Source: Torpedo marmorata (Eukaryota). From it: a DNA stretch of 64,000 nucleotides. The notes below the pieces were generated by a model. It worked only from the letters and a program-made list of their open reading frames with translations. It was not told the DNA's origin and made no database searches. How positions within the stretch are numbered: position 1 is the stretch's first letter; each line of letters begins with the position of its first letter. Made by a program: the position numbers and the translations under genes. This document shows, in pieces, positions 12,839-23,834 of this stretch. Location of the stretch: contig OZ360235.1 of NCBI GenBank assembly GCA_977017645.1, forward strand, positions 72,602,001 to 72,666,000. The letters are read 5' to 3'.

Positions 12839-14180
12839 ATTGTCAAGTATGAGCTTATAGAATACCTGGAGGTGCATGAAAAGATAGGCCCAAATCAGCA
12901 TGATTTCCTTTAAGGAAAATCATGCCTGACAAACCTATTGAAATTTTTTGAAGAGATCACAAGTAGGATAGACAGGGGAGATGCAGTGGATGTTGTGTAT
13001 TTGGACTTTCAAAAGGCCTTTGACAAGGTGCCACACATAAGGCTGCTAAACAAGATGGGAGCCCATAGAATTACAGGAAGGATACTAGCATGGGTAGAAC
13101 ATTGGCTGATCGGCAGGAAACAGAGAGTTGGAATAAAGGGATCCTATTCTGTTTGGCTGCTGGTTACCAGTGGTGTTCTGCAGTGGTTGGTGTTGGGGCC
13201 GCTTCTTTTTATGTTGTATATAAATGATTTGGATTCTGGAATAGATGGCTTTGTGGCTAGATTTGCAGAGGATACCAAAATAGGTGGTAGGGGAGGTGGT
13301 GCTGAGGATACCAAAAGGCTGAAGAGAGACTTGGATAGATTAGGAGAATGGGCAAAGAGGTGGAAGATAAAAAACAATGTTGGAAAGTGTATGGTCATGC
13401 ACGTAGGTAGAAGAAATAGACGGGCAAACTATTATTTAGTTGGGGAGAAAATTCACAATTCTGAGGTGCAAAGGGACTGGGATTCCTTGTGCAACCCTAA
13501 AGGTTGACCTCCAGGTTGCATCGGCGGTGAAGAAGGTGAATGCAATGTTGGCATTCATATCTAGAGAGATAGCATACAAGAGCAGGGATGTAATGTTGAG
13601 ACTCTATAAGGCACTGGTGAGACTTTACTTGGAGTACTGTGTACAGTTTTGGGTGCCTTATTTGAGAAAAGACATGCTGGCGGTGCAGAAGGTTCAGAGA
13701 AGATTTACTAGAATGATACCAGGAATGAAAGGGTTAGCATATGAGGAATGATTGTCAGTCCTTGGACTCTACTCATTGGAGTACAGGATGAGAGGCGACC
13801 TCATCGAGGCATTTCGAATGTTGAAAGGCCTGGACAGAGTAGATGTGGCAAGGACTTTTCCCATGGTAGGGGATTCTAGGACAAGAGGGCATAACTTCAG
13901 AATAAAAGGGCATCAATTTAAAACAGAGATGCGGAAACATTTCTTTAGTCAGAGAGTCATGAGTCTGTGGAACTTGTTGGCACAGGTGGCTGTGGAAGCG
14001 AGGTCATTGGGTGTATTTAAGGCAGAGATTGACAGGTATTTGATTAGTCAGGGCATCAAGGGTTACGGGGAGAAAGCCGGGGAGTGGGTCTGAATGGGTG
14101 GATGGATCAGCTCATGATTAGAATGGCGGAGCAGACTTGATGGGCCAATGGGCCGACTTCTGCTCCTGTATCTTGTGATT
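12839..14180 (+). mobile_element. CR1-clade LINE 3' half (RT)
   Basis: VDVVYLDFQKAFDKVPH, FAEDTK, LYKALVR..LEYCVQFW, MRGDLIE. CR1 3' end GGGCCGACTTCTGCTCCTGTATCTTGTGA. Confidence 0.92.
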
Positions 14181-14426
14181 ACAAAGTCCTATGAATATAT
14201 TGTTTTCTAGTTTTTATCTCATCCTTTCCACATATAACTAATGCTTATAGTTTTATGCTATCACATAAATAAAAATTTGGAATTGCAAATTAGTTTTTGC
14301 GTGAAGACAGGTAGGGAAACCAAACTCAGCACAGCAAATTTTTAAATCAGAACAAGTGGAGCTTGAAAACTAAGCAGGAAGTTCTTATTTCAAGCAATCA
14401 GTTTGAGTTTTGTTTTGTTTTTACAG

Positions 14427-14494
14427 GTATTAGTCTTGGGAAACAAGAGAGACCTTCCCAATTCCTTGGATGAGAAACAGCTGATTGAAAAAAT
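14427..14494 (+). CDS. ARL8: ARL8-family (ARL8B-like) small GTPase, internal coding exon (68 nt)
   Basis: Acceptor TTTTTACAG, then [23 protein letters not shown] (G4 NKxD motif), then donor GTAAGT. Splices in phase to 16637. Confidence 0.95.
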
Positions 14495-14884
14495 GTAAGT
14501 TATTGCATTTCCCTGCATGTATTAATGTGTGAGGTAGAATCAATGTCATGAAATACAGTGATGAATAATTCCATTTCAATGATAACTTCATATCCACCTT
14601 GCCCACAGACTGGGATTCCATATGTTAACAGAATGATAGGATGAGGAGCAATTCGCATCCAACATTCCTCCGATTTTTGTTGGAGTCGCATTATTTTGCA
14701 AAATACCAGGCAGGCATCTTGACCTCATTTTGGACAAAGTGTCTACTGACACTACAGAGTTAGTCAGAGTTATACAGGTTGAATACCCCTTATCCGAAAT
14801 GCCTGGGACCAGAAGTGTTTCGGATTTTGGATTTTTTCGGATTTTGAAACACCATTTAAAAAATCAACTCATTCACTCAGACTT

Positions 14885-15086
14885 AAAGGTAAAAGTTCCA
14901 TTATTGTCACGTAATACTACATTTAGAATGTAACATACATGAAATTCTTTATCTTTGTCTACCGTAAGGAAGACAGAGAGTCGCTACTTTGTCCAGCACC
15001 CCTCACAAAAATGAGGCCCCAGCGAGGAACAAACTCGCAACCCCTGGTTTACAAGACCAGTGCTCTAACCACTGAGCTATGGAGCC
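14885..15086 (-). mobile_element. SINE or chimeric retrocopy: complete tRNA-Thr(TGT) head plus shared ~125-nt tail
   Basis: tRNA head, then CATTTTT, then tail GTGAGGGGTGCTGGACAAAGTAGCGACTCTCTGTCT...GTGACAATAATGGAACTTTTACCTTT. Inserted within the Tigger MITE. Confidence 0.88.
15014..15086 (-). pseudogene. tRNA-Thr(TGT) pseudogene / SINE head, 73 nt
   Basis: GGCTCCATAGCTCAGTGGTTAGAGCACTGGTCTTGTAAACCAGGGGTTGCGAGTTTGTTCCTCGCTGGGGCCT folds as a full cloverleaf with anticodon arm CTGGT-CT TGT AA-ACCAG. The T-loop is mutated (TTTGTTC instead of TTCGATC). Confidence 0.88.
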
Positions 15087-15599
15087 AGTGCATTCAAGAT
15101 ACATGCATTCACATTACAATACAAATATTTACATATGCATCTACACTAAAATGCACTACTTATGTCCGCTATGTCCCGTTCTCCGATTTCTGAACTCTAT
15201 TACGTATGACGTATTACCTCAAGGAACCACGGACGAAAAAGTTTCGGATTTTGGATAATTTCGGATTTCAGGTATTCGGATAAGGGGAATTTAACCTGTA
15301 ATGTGGTTGGGAACGCAAGGTGGGATTCGCAAGAGGCTGTTTCACACCGGATAAAGCTGAAGTTCTCAGCAAATCAAAACTGTTTAAATTAGCACTATCC
15401 CAAGCTGCCTATGGAGGAAGAAAATTCCTCCATCATCTTCTTTCTGGATATTGGGAAGCAGAGCAGGAATGGGTAACAAGATAAGAACAATGCTTAGATG
15501 CACCAAAATTCTTACTTGATGCAGCCCTACAGGTGCAGAAGATGCACCATCTGCAATAGTACACCTTAAATTAGCACAATACAGTATGCCAAGACTGAA

Positions 15600-16290
15600 T
15601 AATAAATATAAAAGGATTGATAGATACATATTCACAGTTGCAACTATTGAAAGAAAAATAGTAACTTTTCAATAGTGCAAACAGATCTTTTGGTGGTCCC
15701 AGACTAGTTCATGGTTAGAGTTAGGGTAGTACATGGAGATTCCCAAGCTTGATAGCTGTTGGAAAATACTGCTCTTGAACCTACAAGTGCTAGACTTCAG
15801 GTTTCTGTACTTTCTGCTTGAAGGTAGTAGTGAGAATAGATTGTAAATAGGGTGATGGGGTACTTTATGATGTTGGCTGCCTTCTTGAAGTAGCATCTCA
15901 CCCAGATGTCTTCAATGAATAGGAGGTCACTTTCAGCAGCCTACTCTGTTGCTGGGCACTCAAGTTACCAAACCAGACTGTAATGCAACCAGTCAGTATA
16001 CTTTCCACAGTACACCTGGAGAGGTTTTATAGAACATTTGACAACTTCTTAGAAAGTAGAGGAATTGGTGTGCCTTCTTCACAGTTGCTTATATGTGCTG
16101 GACTAGGAGTGGTCCTCCGATATGTGGTCTCCCAGGAGCTTGAAAGTACTAACCCTCCACCGTCGTCCTATCAATGAAGACAGGTGTGTGATCCCTTGGT
16201 CTGCCCTTCCTGAAGTCCACAATAAGCTCCTAGGTCTTGCTGACATTGAGAGCGAGATTGATGTTCTGGCACCGTCCAACACCAGATGAT
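15600..16290 (-). mobile_element. Old Rex1/Babar-type LINE fragment
   Basis: ORF 15669-15896 PHHP..NLFSLLPSSRKYRNLK, plus degenerate RT C-terminal motifs. Confidence 0.7.
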
Positions 16291-16636
16291 TTTGGAAACC
16301 TTCTTGAACATTATCCACAGCCCAGATTGACCAGTGGCTTCTAAGTTGGAGTAGACGATATCTATAAATAAAATATTAATAAATTAGGATTGTTGAATGG
16401 GATGTCAGATAAAGCAAGTGAGCACGGAGCAGTTCTTGGGAAGTAATCACTCAGGCTTCAGTACTTAATCTCAATCAGGTACATAAGCAGCAGCCTGCCC
16501 ACCTGCTTCCCAAAACTTAATGGAGTGGGTGGATAAATATAAAGTAGAAGCTAATATATATTTTCCTGCATTTGCAAGTTTTTTAAAAATTCTAAACCAG
16601 AAAATTGTATTCTACATTTATTTATTTATTCTGCAG

Positions 16637-16707
16637 GAACCTATCTGCTATCCAGGATCGAGAAATCTGTTGTTATTCAGTGTCCTGCAAAGAGAAGGAT
16701 AACATAG
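16637..16707 (+). CDS. ARL8: ARL8-family GTPase, penultimate coding exon (71 nt)
   Basis: Acceptor TTATTCTGCAG, then (M)[23 protein letters not shown](D) with G5-like SCK, then donor GTGAGA. Confidence 0.95.
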
Positions 16708-16734
16708 GTGAGAACATCCAATTCTCTATCTACC

Positions 16735-16905
16735 AAAAGCAAAATACTGCAGATGTTGGAAATCTGAAATGCAAACAGAAATTTCTGGACATCAACGGGC
16801 ATGTCAGGAGGGAGGAAGAAGGGGGGAGGGAAGGAGAGAGGGAGAAGGAAGGAGGGAGAGGGAAAGCGTTAACATTTCAAATCAATGACTATTCTTCAGA
16901 ATTCA
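16735..16905 (-). mobile_element. Old PLE terminal fragment with degenerate hammerhead core
   Basis: AAATACTGCAGATGTTGGAAATCTGAAA tail. Minus strand reads CTGAAGA...GAAATGTT at ~16870-16900. Confidence 0.5.
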
Positions 16906-18239
16906 ATTCCATATTTATTTTTTAAGTCAATATGTTTGGCATTAAATAGCATCTTAAGTAGCACAGACAGTTCTGTATAGTATTATGCCCTCTTCTTAAT
17001 GATACTAGTTACATTGAAACAAAGTAGTTCTGGGGAATTTTGGGCCACACTGTTCTGCCAAAACTGTCCATTGTTTCTTGATTATTCTGAAGAGCAAAAT
17101 TAACCTCTGGCTTCATTCCTCCATCATAGTCTTGAATCCTTGCTTCCTCCTCCTCCATTCGTCAGAAGTTTGGCAGACTTCTTTATAACCAGAATTATAA
17201 TGATTTATTCAGCACTTTCTGATGCCTCTCCACACAAGCCCACTTCCATCTTCCCCTTCTCCACTGAGACATGTCTCCCTTTCATGCCACCTCCATGTGC
17301 ATTTTGTGCACATAACTCACTTCTTGCTCCCTTGACCCTCATTCCCACTAAACTGTTGTCTGTTCATTTTCTTCCTGGCACCTCTTAACACTGGCATGTG
17401 GATGGTTCCTTTCCCCAGGCACTGTGCTCCCTCTTTTTCAAAATTGCCATCAACAGCTCCTATTGGAAAAACCTGAAAAACTACCCCCCCCCCCCTTCCG
17501 CCCGGTTCCCCTCTCCTGTCAAGCTGCTGCTCCACGTGTCATTCATGCCCCCAAGTGCATTCAACGTCATGCAACTTTGTGTTTGAACCTCTCTGGTGAA
17601 ATCTCTGCCTGCACCTCAGTGTCAAAAGGGTCTTGAAATAAAAGCTGCCTTCTAGAAATATGAGAGTAGCCTATTAATCTCATGCGGAAGTACAAACATT
17701 GTGTTGTTCCACATTATCTTTCACAAAACAAAATCAAAGCTAGTGAAATAATTTCAAAATATGCATGCAGCATACACTGCTGAAGAATAATTGCTCCTAA
17801 TGACATCTGAAGTCATTATTCTACTCTTTTATACAGTATTGCCCTGCTTTAGCACTTCCTTCTTCTTCAAAACAGCCACAGGTTCATATTCACATTGAAT
17901 TTGATAAAAATAACAAGCAAATTTTACTTCACGGCAGGGTTAAAATGTTTTATTGTGAATAGATAAACAGTCAGACATTTAAAATTATTGGTTTAAAATC
18001 CCTTATTGTCATGTTGGTATTTTTGAAAGAGAATTGGATGCACATAAACCTGGGAATTCAAGAAACCATGTGCTTTATTCTTTCTATTTTATTTCAATAC
18101 TTATCCAAAAATAAAGCTTTACAGAATTCTACAAGGTATGAAGGCTTTCAGAATTTGGATCCTGGAGTCATAGATTCATCTTTGAAGTATACTAATTAAA
18201 TGATTGCACGTCATATAATAATTGACTTCCATATTTCCA

Positions 18240-18500
18240 TAAAACATGGAAGGAGGCCAGTTGACCCATTACCTCTACTGGCTGTCAGACCATTTCCATT
18301 CCCCCCACTAATTTTGCCTGCTTCTACCCACATTCCCATCAACTCTTTCCAGGTTCAACCACTCAAGTGGAGCACCAGGAAAAAAAAAACACACACACAA
18401 TCACAGGCAAACTCAACACAGACAGTAAGCCAAGTCCGGATTGCCCCCAGGTTGCGGCTGCTGTAAAGCTGAAGCACCATTGGCTGTGCCACCGTGCTGG
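18240..18500 (-). mobile_element. Old tRNA-derived SINE (HE1-like)
   Basis: Reverse complement begins CAGCACGGTGGCACAGCCAATGG... and contains CTGTCTGTGTTGAGTTTGC, homologous to the SINE at 11615. Confidence 0.6.
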
Positions 18501-18577
18501 TCCAGTGTGCTGCAGCTAATAGAGCTGCAGTTTCGCAAACTCCTCACTATCCCCATTGTCTTGAGTTTTAGCAATAA

Positions 18578-19345
18578 CACTGGACAAGGAAGATTTTGCT
18601 TCCTGAACACTTGGGTGTATTTTATGGATTTAGGGCTGCTGATCACGAAAATCACCATACAATTTTCCTATCACATACTGGTTTTTAGATATAACTTATG
18701 TTTGTGATTTCCTGTCATATTTTACGTCTACTCGTATATTGCCCACAAAGTAAGCTGTTTTGGTCAGTCCACTCAGTGCAGGTGCAATGCAAATGTTGTC
18801 TTAGGCCTGGGCATGCTTAGAAGGCATTTAAAGATGTTGTTGAGAATATTCTTGGCAACCACAGAGCACCAAACTACATCCAGCTTCAAGCATACAAAAC
18901 CATGAAGTGCAACATGTCATTGAAAATTCATTTTCTGCATTCGCACTTGGACTTCTTCCCTGCTGATCTTGGTGCAGTCAGTGACAAACATAGTGAAAGG
19001 TTTCACCAGAACATTGCGACCATGGAAAAGTGGTATCAGGGTAACTGGAATCCATTAATACTGGCCGACTATTCTTGGACGCTGACACGAGAGGCATCAG
19101 ATGCTGAGTACAAACGAAAATCAGTGGCAAAACATTTTTAGGTCCGTTGAACTAACGTAATGTGTCAGGATCATTATGCGAGTAAACATGCTAAATTCAA
19201 TAAAGGTTAATTTAATGTTTCTCCAACTTCCTACGTGATACAGCAAATCTGAAATTATCTTTGTGTTCAGCATGATGTTGTCTATCATAATCCCCAATTT
19301 TTTTTTCAGGAAGAAAACGTTTTGAAAAAAAATTGTTGTCCAGTG
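18578..19345 (+). mobile_element. Non-autonomous Chapaev3-type (CMC superfamily) DNA transposon
   Basis: TIR CACTGGACAA / TTGTCCAGTG. Flanks TAA / TCA. Transposase C-terminus CNMSLKIHFLHSHLDFFPADLGAVSD..ERFHQ (ORF 18902-19141). Family name is from recalled motifs. Confidence 0.75.
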
Positions 19346-19697
19346 TCATCCAAGTAAAAGCAATCTTTTACTTACAAAGTTGACGCTGCAAATAATAATT
19401 CCTAATTTCAGTTGTACTATGATCAGCAGTTTACAGCACACTCCAAATTACTTTTCTGCTTTTATCTATCTTTTGATGGTTTAATAAATTATGTTTGTCT
19501 ACTTTTAAAAATGGCTGAAAATTGCATTTTGTTTGAGTGCTGGTAATACTTTTAAGTATTAGCATGATGTGGTAGCACAAAGTAATTGATACTGGGTCAC
19601 CATATGTTAGTTACATTCCTCAGCAAGAGTTCAGGAAGAATAGAGGATCATAACACATCACTAATATGTATAGCTGGAACCATATAGAGAAGAAACA

Positions 19698-20139
19698 TGA
19701 GATGGGTTTCGAAGGCGTGTGTATAAATTCACAGAACCAGGCGTACAAACTGTATTTGCAAATAGAAACTGAATTAAGATATCGAGGTATTTGCATACTT
19801 GGCTCAAACAAAGGGAGGGATGGGCACCTAATATTTTTGACTGCAAGGATATAATGGGGCAACACACAAAGTGCTAGAGGATCTCAGCAGGGCAGCAGCA
19901 TCCGTGGAAAGCAATAGATCTATTGCTTTCCACGGATGCTGCTGCCCTGCTGAGATCCTCTAGCACTTTGTGTGTTGCCCCATTATATCCTTGCAGTCAA
20001 AAATATTAGGTGCCCATCCCTCCCTTTGTTTGAGCCAAGTATGCAAATACCTCGATATCTTAATTCAGTTTCTATTTGCAAATACAGTTTGTACGCCTGG
20101 TTCTGTGAATTTATACACACACCTTTGAAACCTATCTCA
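19698..20139. repeat. 442-bp spacer-less palindrome (221-bp arms)
   Basis: Centre CAATAGA|TCTATTG at 19918/19919. Arms are perfect over 19717-20120, with 3 transition mismatches in the outer 19 bp. Mirror ORFs 19620-19865(-) and 19972-20337(+) share their first ~50 aa. Confidence 0.95.
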
Positions 20140-20973
20140 CTGCTACAGTGTTTGAAAAATGATGATGTTTCCGTAAATTTCAAGGAGACCTTTTGGTTGA
20201 ATTATTCAACTAATGACTATGTAGTTGTCAGTTGCAAAATTGCTGACAGAAGCAGGAAGAGTAAGTGTCAGGGAGTCCACAAAACTCCTAAAGTAAATTT
20301 GAAAAATAACTGTGGAAAGGTCAAAGTTAATTGGTAGGTAGGTAGGAAGAGGTGGGAGGAATTCAAAATATAAAAGAACTTTCTTCGTTAGCATGTTTTC
20401 AACCTAGTGAGTAAGGAAGACATTTTTGATTCTAATTCTGGGAAATGAAGAGGGTGAACTGGACCTTGGATTGTGAACCGCTGTTAATTTCAGTGCTACG
20501 TACTTGAAATGCACCTACCTTTGATAAGGAAATCAAGAATGTCTGCTTCTGGAAACCATTTCTGGACATCCAGAAAACAAAAATCTTAACAGCATGCAAC
20601 AAGACTCAGAAACAAAGCATTAAACTGAACTCAAATCAATCAACAGATGTCAATGATCTAATTCCTTGGCTCCTCACTGCCCTTCCTTTACCAGATCTAA
20701 CCTGATGCAGCTCTGTGGGTGGATTCCATGATGTGAGCACTGACTAATTGCCACATCTTCTCATTTTATTGTTGGACTCCTTGAGGAATGTAATGTTGAA
20801 GTACATTCAAGGAAAAGGGTGGGAAAGAGTAGTCAAGTTGGGAAAATTAATATTAGTCATAAGTGGGAATTGTGAATGAATGGCTTTGTTTGAAAAAATG
20901 AATCATTTTCATCAGTATAAATATGTTCTTGTAGCAGTGGTCCAAATCTTGTATCTGAATGCTGAGGTAATTA

Positions 20974-22862
20974 CCGTATATTTCGGCGTATAAGTCGACT
21001 CGTGGATAAGTCGACCCCCCTTTTTCAGCCTCATTTTAATGGTTTTATTATATATCCGGCGTATAAGTCGACCCCCAAAAATCGCGATGCCTGAGATGCT
21101 GAGCGTTGACCGGCGTATAAGTCGACCCCCAAAAATCGCGATGATTGAGCTGCTGGGCGTTGACCGGCGTATAGGTCGACCCACAACGATCGCGATGATT
21201 GAGCTGCTGGATGTTGACCGGCGTGTAGGTCGACCCACAACGATCGTGCTGATTGAGCTGCTGGGCGTTGGTTGGAGGTGATTGTTATCATGGAGGCTCA
21301 ATTGAAACGACGAAAGTATGAGGCGAGTTTTAAATTAAAAGTGATAGAAATGGCCAAGAAAACCAACAACTGTGCTGCTGCAAGAAAATTTGATATATAT
21401 GAGAAGTTGGTAAGAGATTGGAGGAGGAAAGAAGATACTTTAAGAAAAATACCAAAAAGGCAATGTTCGATGAGAAGAGGAATCACTCGTTGGCCAGAGT
21501 TGGAAAATCATGTCGCAGCATGGGTACGTGAACAGAGGCAAGATTGCTACATAGTCACCCGAAATAAAATAAGAACATTTGCACTGAAGTGGGCAAAGTC
21601 GCACCCGGAACTCAGTAATGATTTTGAAGCTACAGTAGGCTGGTGCAACCGTTTCATGAACAGGAAAAATCTGGTATTACGACAAAAAACTAAAATTGCT
21701 CAGAAACTACCAAAAGATCTTGATCATAAAGTTGTAAGTTTTCACCAGTTTATTTTACGTAACCGGCAGAAACACAAGTTTGCATTGGCAAATATTGGAA
21801 ACATGGACGAAACCTCCATGAATTTTGACATGATACGCAATAGAACAGTGGAATGGAAAGGTGTGAAAACTGTGCAAACCAGGAGTACAGGCCATGAAAG
21901 GACCAGGTTTACTGTGGTGTTATCGTGCACGGCCGACGGGACAAAGTTAAGACCCATGGTAATCTTCAAACGTAAATTTAAACCTAAAATAAAATACCCT
22001 GCGGGTATTTTTGTACATTTTCATGAAAAAGGATGGATGGATGAAAATGGTGTAAAACTATGGATAGACAATGTGTGGAACAGGCGGCCAGGCAGTTTAC
22101 GCAAGGAACGGAGTTTGCTGGTCTGGGATATGTTTCATAGCCACTTAATTGAGAACACTAAAAGTAGATAGCACAACATAATACTTACATGGCGGTTATC
22201 CCAGGTGGTTTGACGTCTATATTGCAACTTCTCGATGTCTGCTTGGACAAGCCATTCAAAGACCATGTGCGTGAAGAGTGGAATACATGGATGTCGAGTG
22301 CAGAAAAATCATTTACAAAAGGCGGGGCAATGCCTGCTTCATCGCTTGATGTGCTGTGTGACTTCGTGCTCAAGGCATGGGACAAAGTGAAAGTAGAGAC
22401 TGTAATAAAATCGTTTAAAAAGTGCGGTATCTCTTGTGCAATTGATGGTACGGAAGATGATTTATTGTGGGACACTGACGACGAAGCTCAAGCCGCCTCA
22501 TCAGATACAGACTGGGACCCGTACGATGACTGTTTAAACAGTGAAACCCCAGATGTGCTTGCCGAGATCTTTGCCTCAGACGATGACAGCAAAAGTGATT
22601 TTGAAGGGTTCTAAATGTCTTGTTGTTTTCAATAAAAATGTCAATGAAAATTTGTTGCAGTCGGGTTTTTTTTTTGTTTTTCAAGGGTTGACTTATACGC
22701 CGAATCGTGTTTTCAAGGGTCGACTTATACGCCGAATTGGCGTGGAGTGGTTTTTGAGCTGATTTTAAGGTCTCAAAAGTATATCCGGCGTATAAGTCGA
22801 CCCCAGTTTTTTGAGAGATTTTTGAGGGTTTCAAGACTCGACTTATACGCCGAAATATACGG
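20974..22862 (+). mobile_element. Full-length pogo-superfamily (POGK/Passer-like) DNA transposon, 1889 bp
   Basis: TA TSD. TIR CCGTATATTTCGGCGTATAAGTCGA at both ends. Subterminal GGCGTATAAGTCGACC repeats. Transposase inside. Confidence 0.93.
21290..22614 (+). pseudogene. pogo DDD transposase (Brinker-like HTH, CENP-B HTH, DDE_1) with a single frameshift
   Basis: MEAQLKRRKYEASFKLKVI; GWCNRFM; catalytic NMDETSM, LLVWDMF, LQLLDVC; acidic tail ending DFEGF. The two ORFs join if one base is restored near 22169 (AGA T[T]A GCA). Confidence 0.88.
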
Positions 22863-23342
22863 TAGTTTAATTTGCATGGTTTACCGTGTGAAGTGAAATA
22901 GTAACAGCAGTGTTTTGGAAAGGATAAAAGTGTACCTCTCCTAGTAGACAATGTCTCTGGCATGTTGGGGTGGGTTCTGGGATCTCGTGTGCCTCCTTAT
23001 TTGTTGGTGTCCGTATCCGCCGCAGAGAAACATTAGGGGACTGCAGAGTGACAGCCCACGCTGAAAGAGGAATAAATGAAACTAATTTTGATTTCAGTTC
23101 TGCCCTATGCAACAGCCCCAGGTCATTAAGAACCCAGCAACGTTGGAAAGGGAAAGATTCCACCAACCCTGATCGGGAATTTGGTGCAATGTTGCTCCAA
23201 AGTGCTGCGACATTGCTCATTCTATCAAAACTTTTAATTCTGCTGTCTTTCCTGTTCATGGTGATTTAAAATGCATAAAGCCTGCATTAAATAGCTTATG
23301 AATTGGACAAAACCTTTTTAATCTTTGGACTTCAGGAGGAAG

Positions 23343-23834
23343 TCTGGTATGGGGAGACCAATATCCCCGAGAGCAGAGCCCTGGACATCAAAGGCAGACC
23401 CCTTCCCACCATCGAGAACATCTACGGGGAACGCTGCCGTCGGAGAGCAGCAGCAATCATCAAGGATCCACACCACCCAGCACACGCTCTGTTCTCACTG
23501 CTACCATCAGGAAAGAGGTATAGGAGCCACAAGACTCGCACCACCAGGTTCAGGAACAGCGGCTACCCCTCCATCATCAGACTCCTCAATGAAAAACTCA
23601 ATCAGGGACTCATTTAAGGACTCTTACTTTTGCACTTTCTTGTTTGTTTTTTTTTCTCCTCTTTGTATTGCACAGTCAGTTGTTTACAATTCTTTATTTG
23701 TTTACATGTGCACATTGCGTATAGATTTTTTTTGCACTACCTATAAGTGGTAATTCTGCCTGGCCTGCAGGAAAAAGAATCTCAGGGTTGTATGTGATGT
23801 CATGTATGTACTCCGACAATAAATCTGAAATCTG
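23343..23834 (+). mobile_element. Rex1/Babar-type LINE 3' fragment (same subfamily as 6505-7690)
   Basis: [38 protein letters not shown]. Tail AATAAATCTGAAATCTGA. Confidence 0.88.

Larger units (their letters stand above)
14775..15298. mobile_element. Tigger/pogo-type MITE
   Basis: TA on both sides (14773-74, 15299-300). TIR CAGGTTGAATACCCCTTATCCGAA / TTCGGATAAGGGGAATTTAACCTG. Subterminal TTCGGATTT repeats. Confidence 0.88.

Noticed and set aside
1-14426. Upstream ARL8 exons (e.g. YMVDAAD...LQGIP)
   Set aside because: Not found by eye. They are presumed to lie before the window start.
15014-15086. Functional tRNA-Thr gene
   Set aside because: The T-loop/B-box is mutated, and it is fused to a retroposon tail inside a MITE. 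Treated as a SINE head or pseudogene.
19620-20337. Two oppositely oriented ORFs with the same N-terminus as a duplicated gene
   Set aside because: They are a by-product of the palindrome, start at non-ATG codons and have no recognisable domain.
21050-21270. CRISPR-like regularly spaced repeats
   Set aside because: The spacers are near-identical and the repeat is the transposon's own TIR core. The context is eukaryotic with no cas genes.
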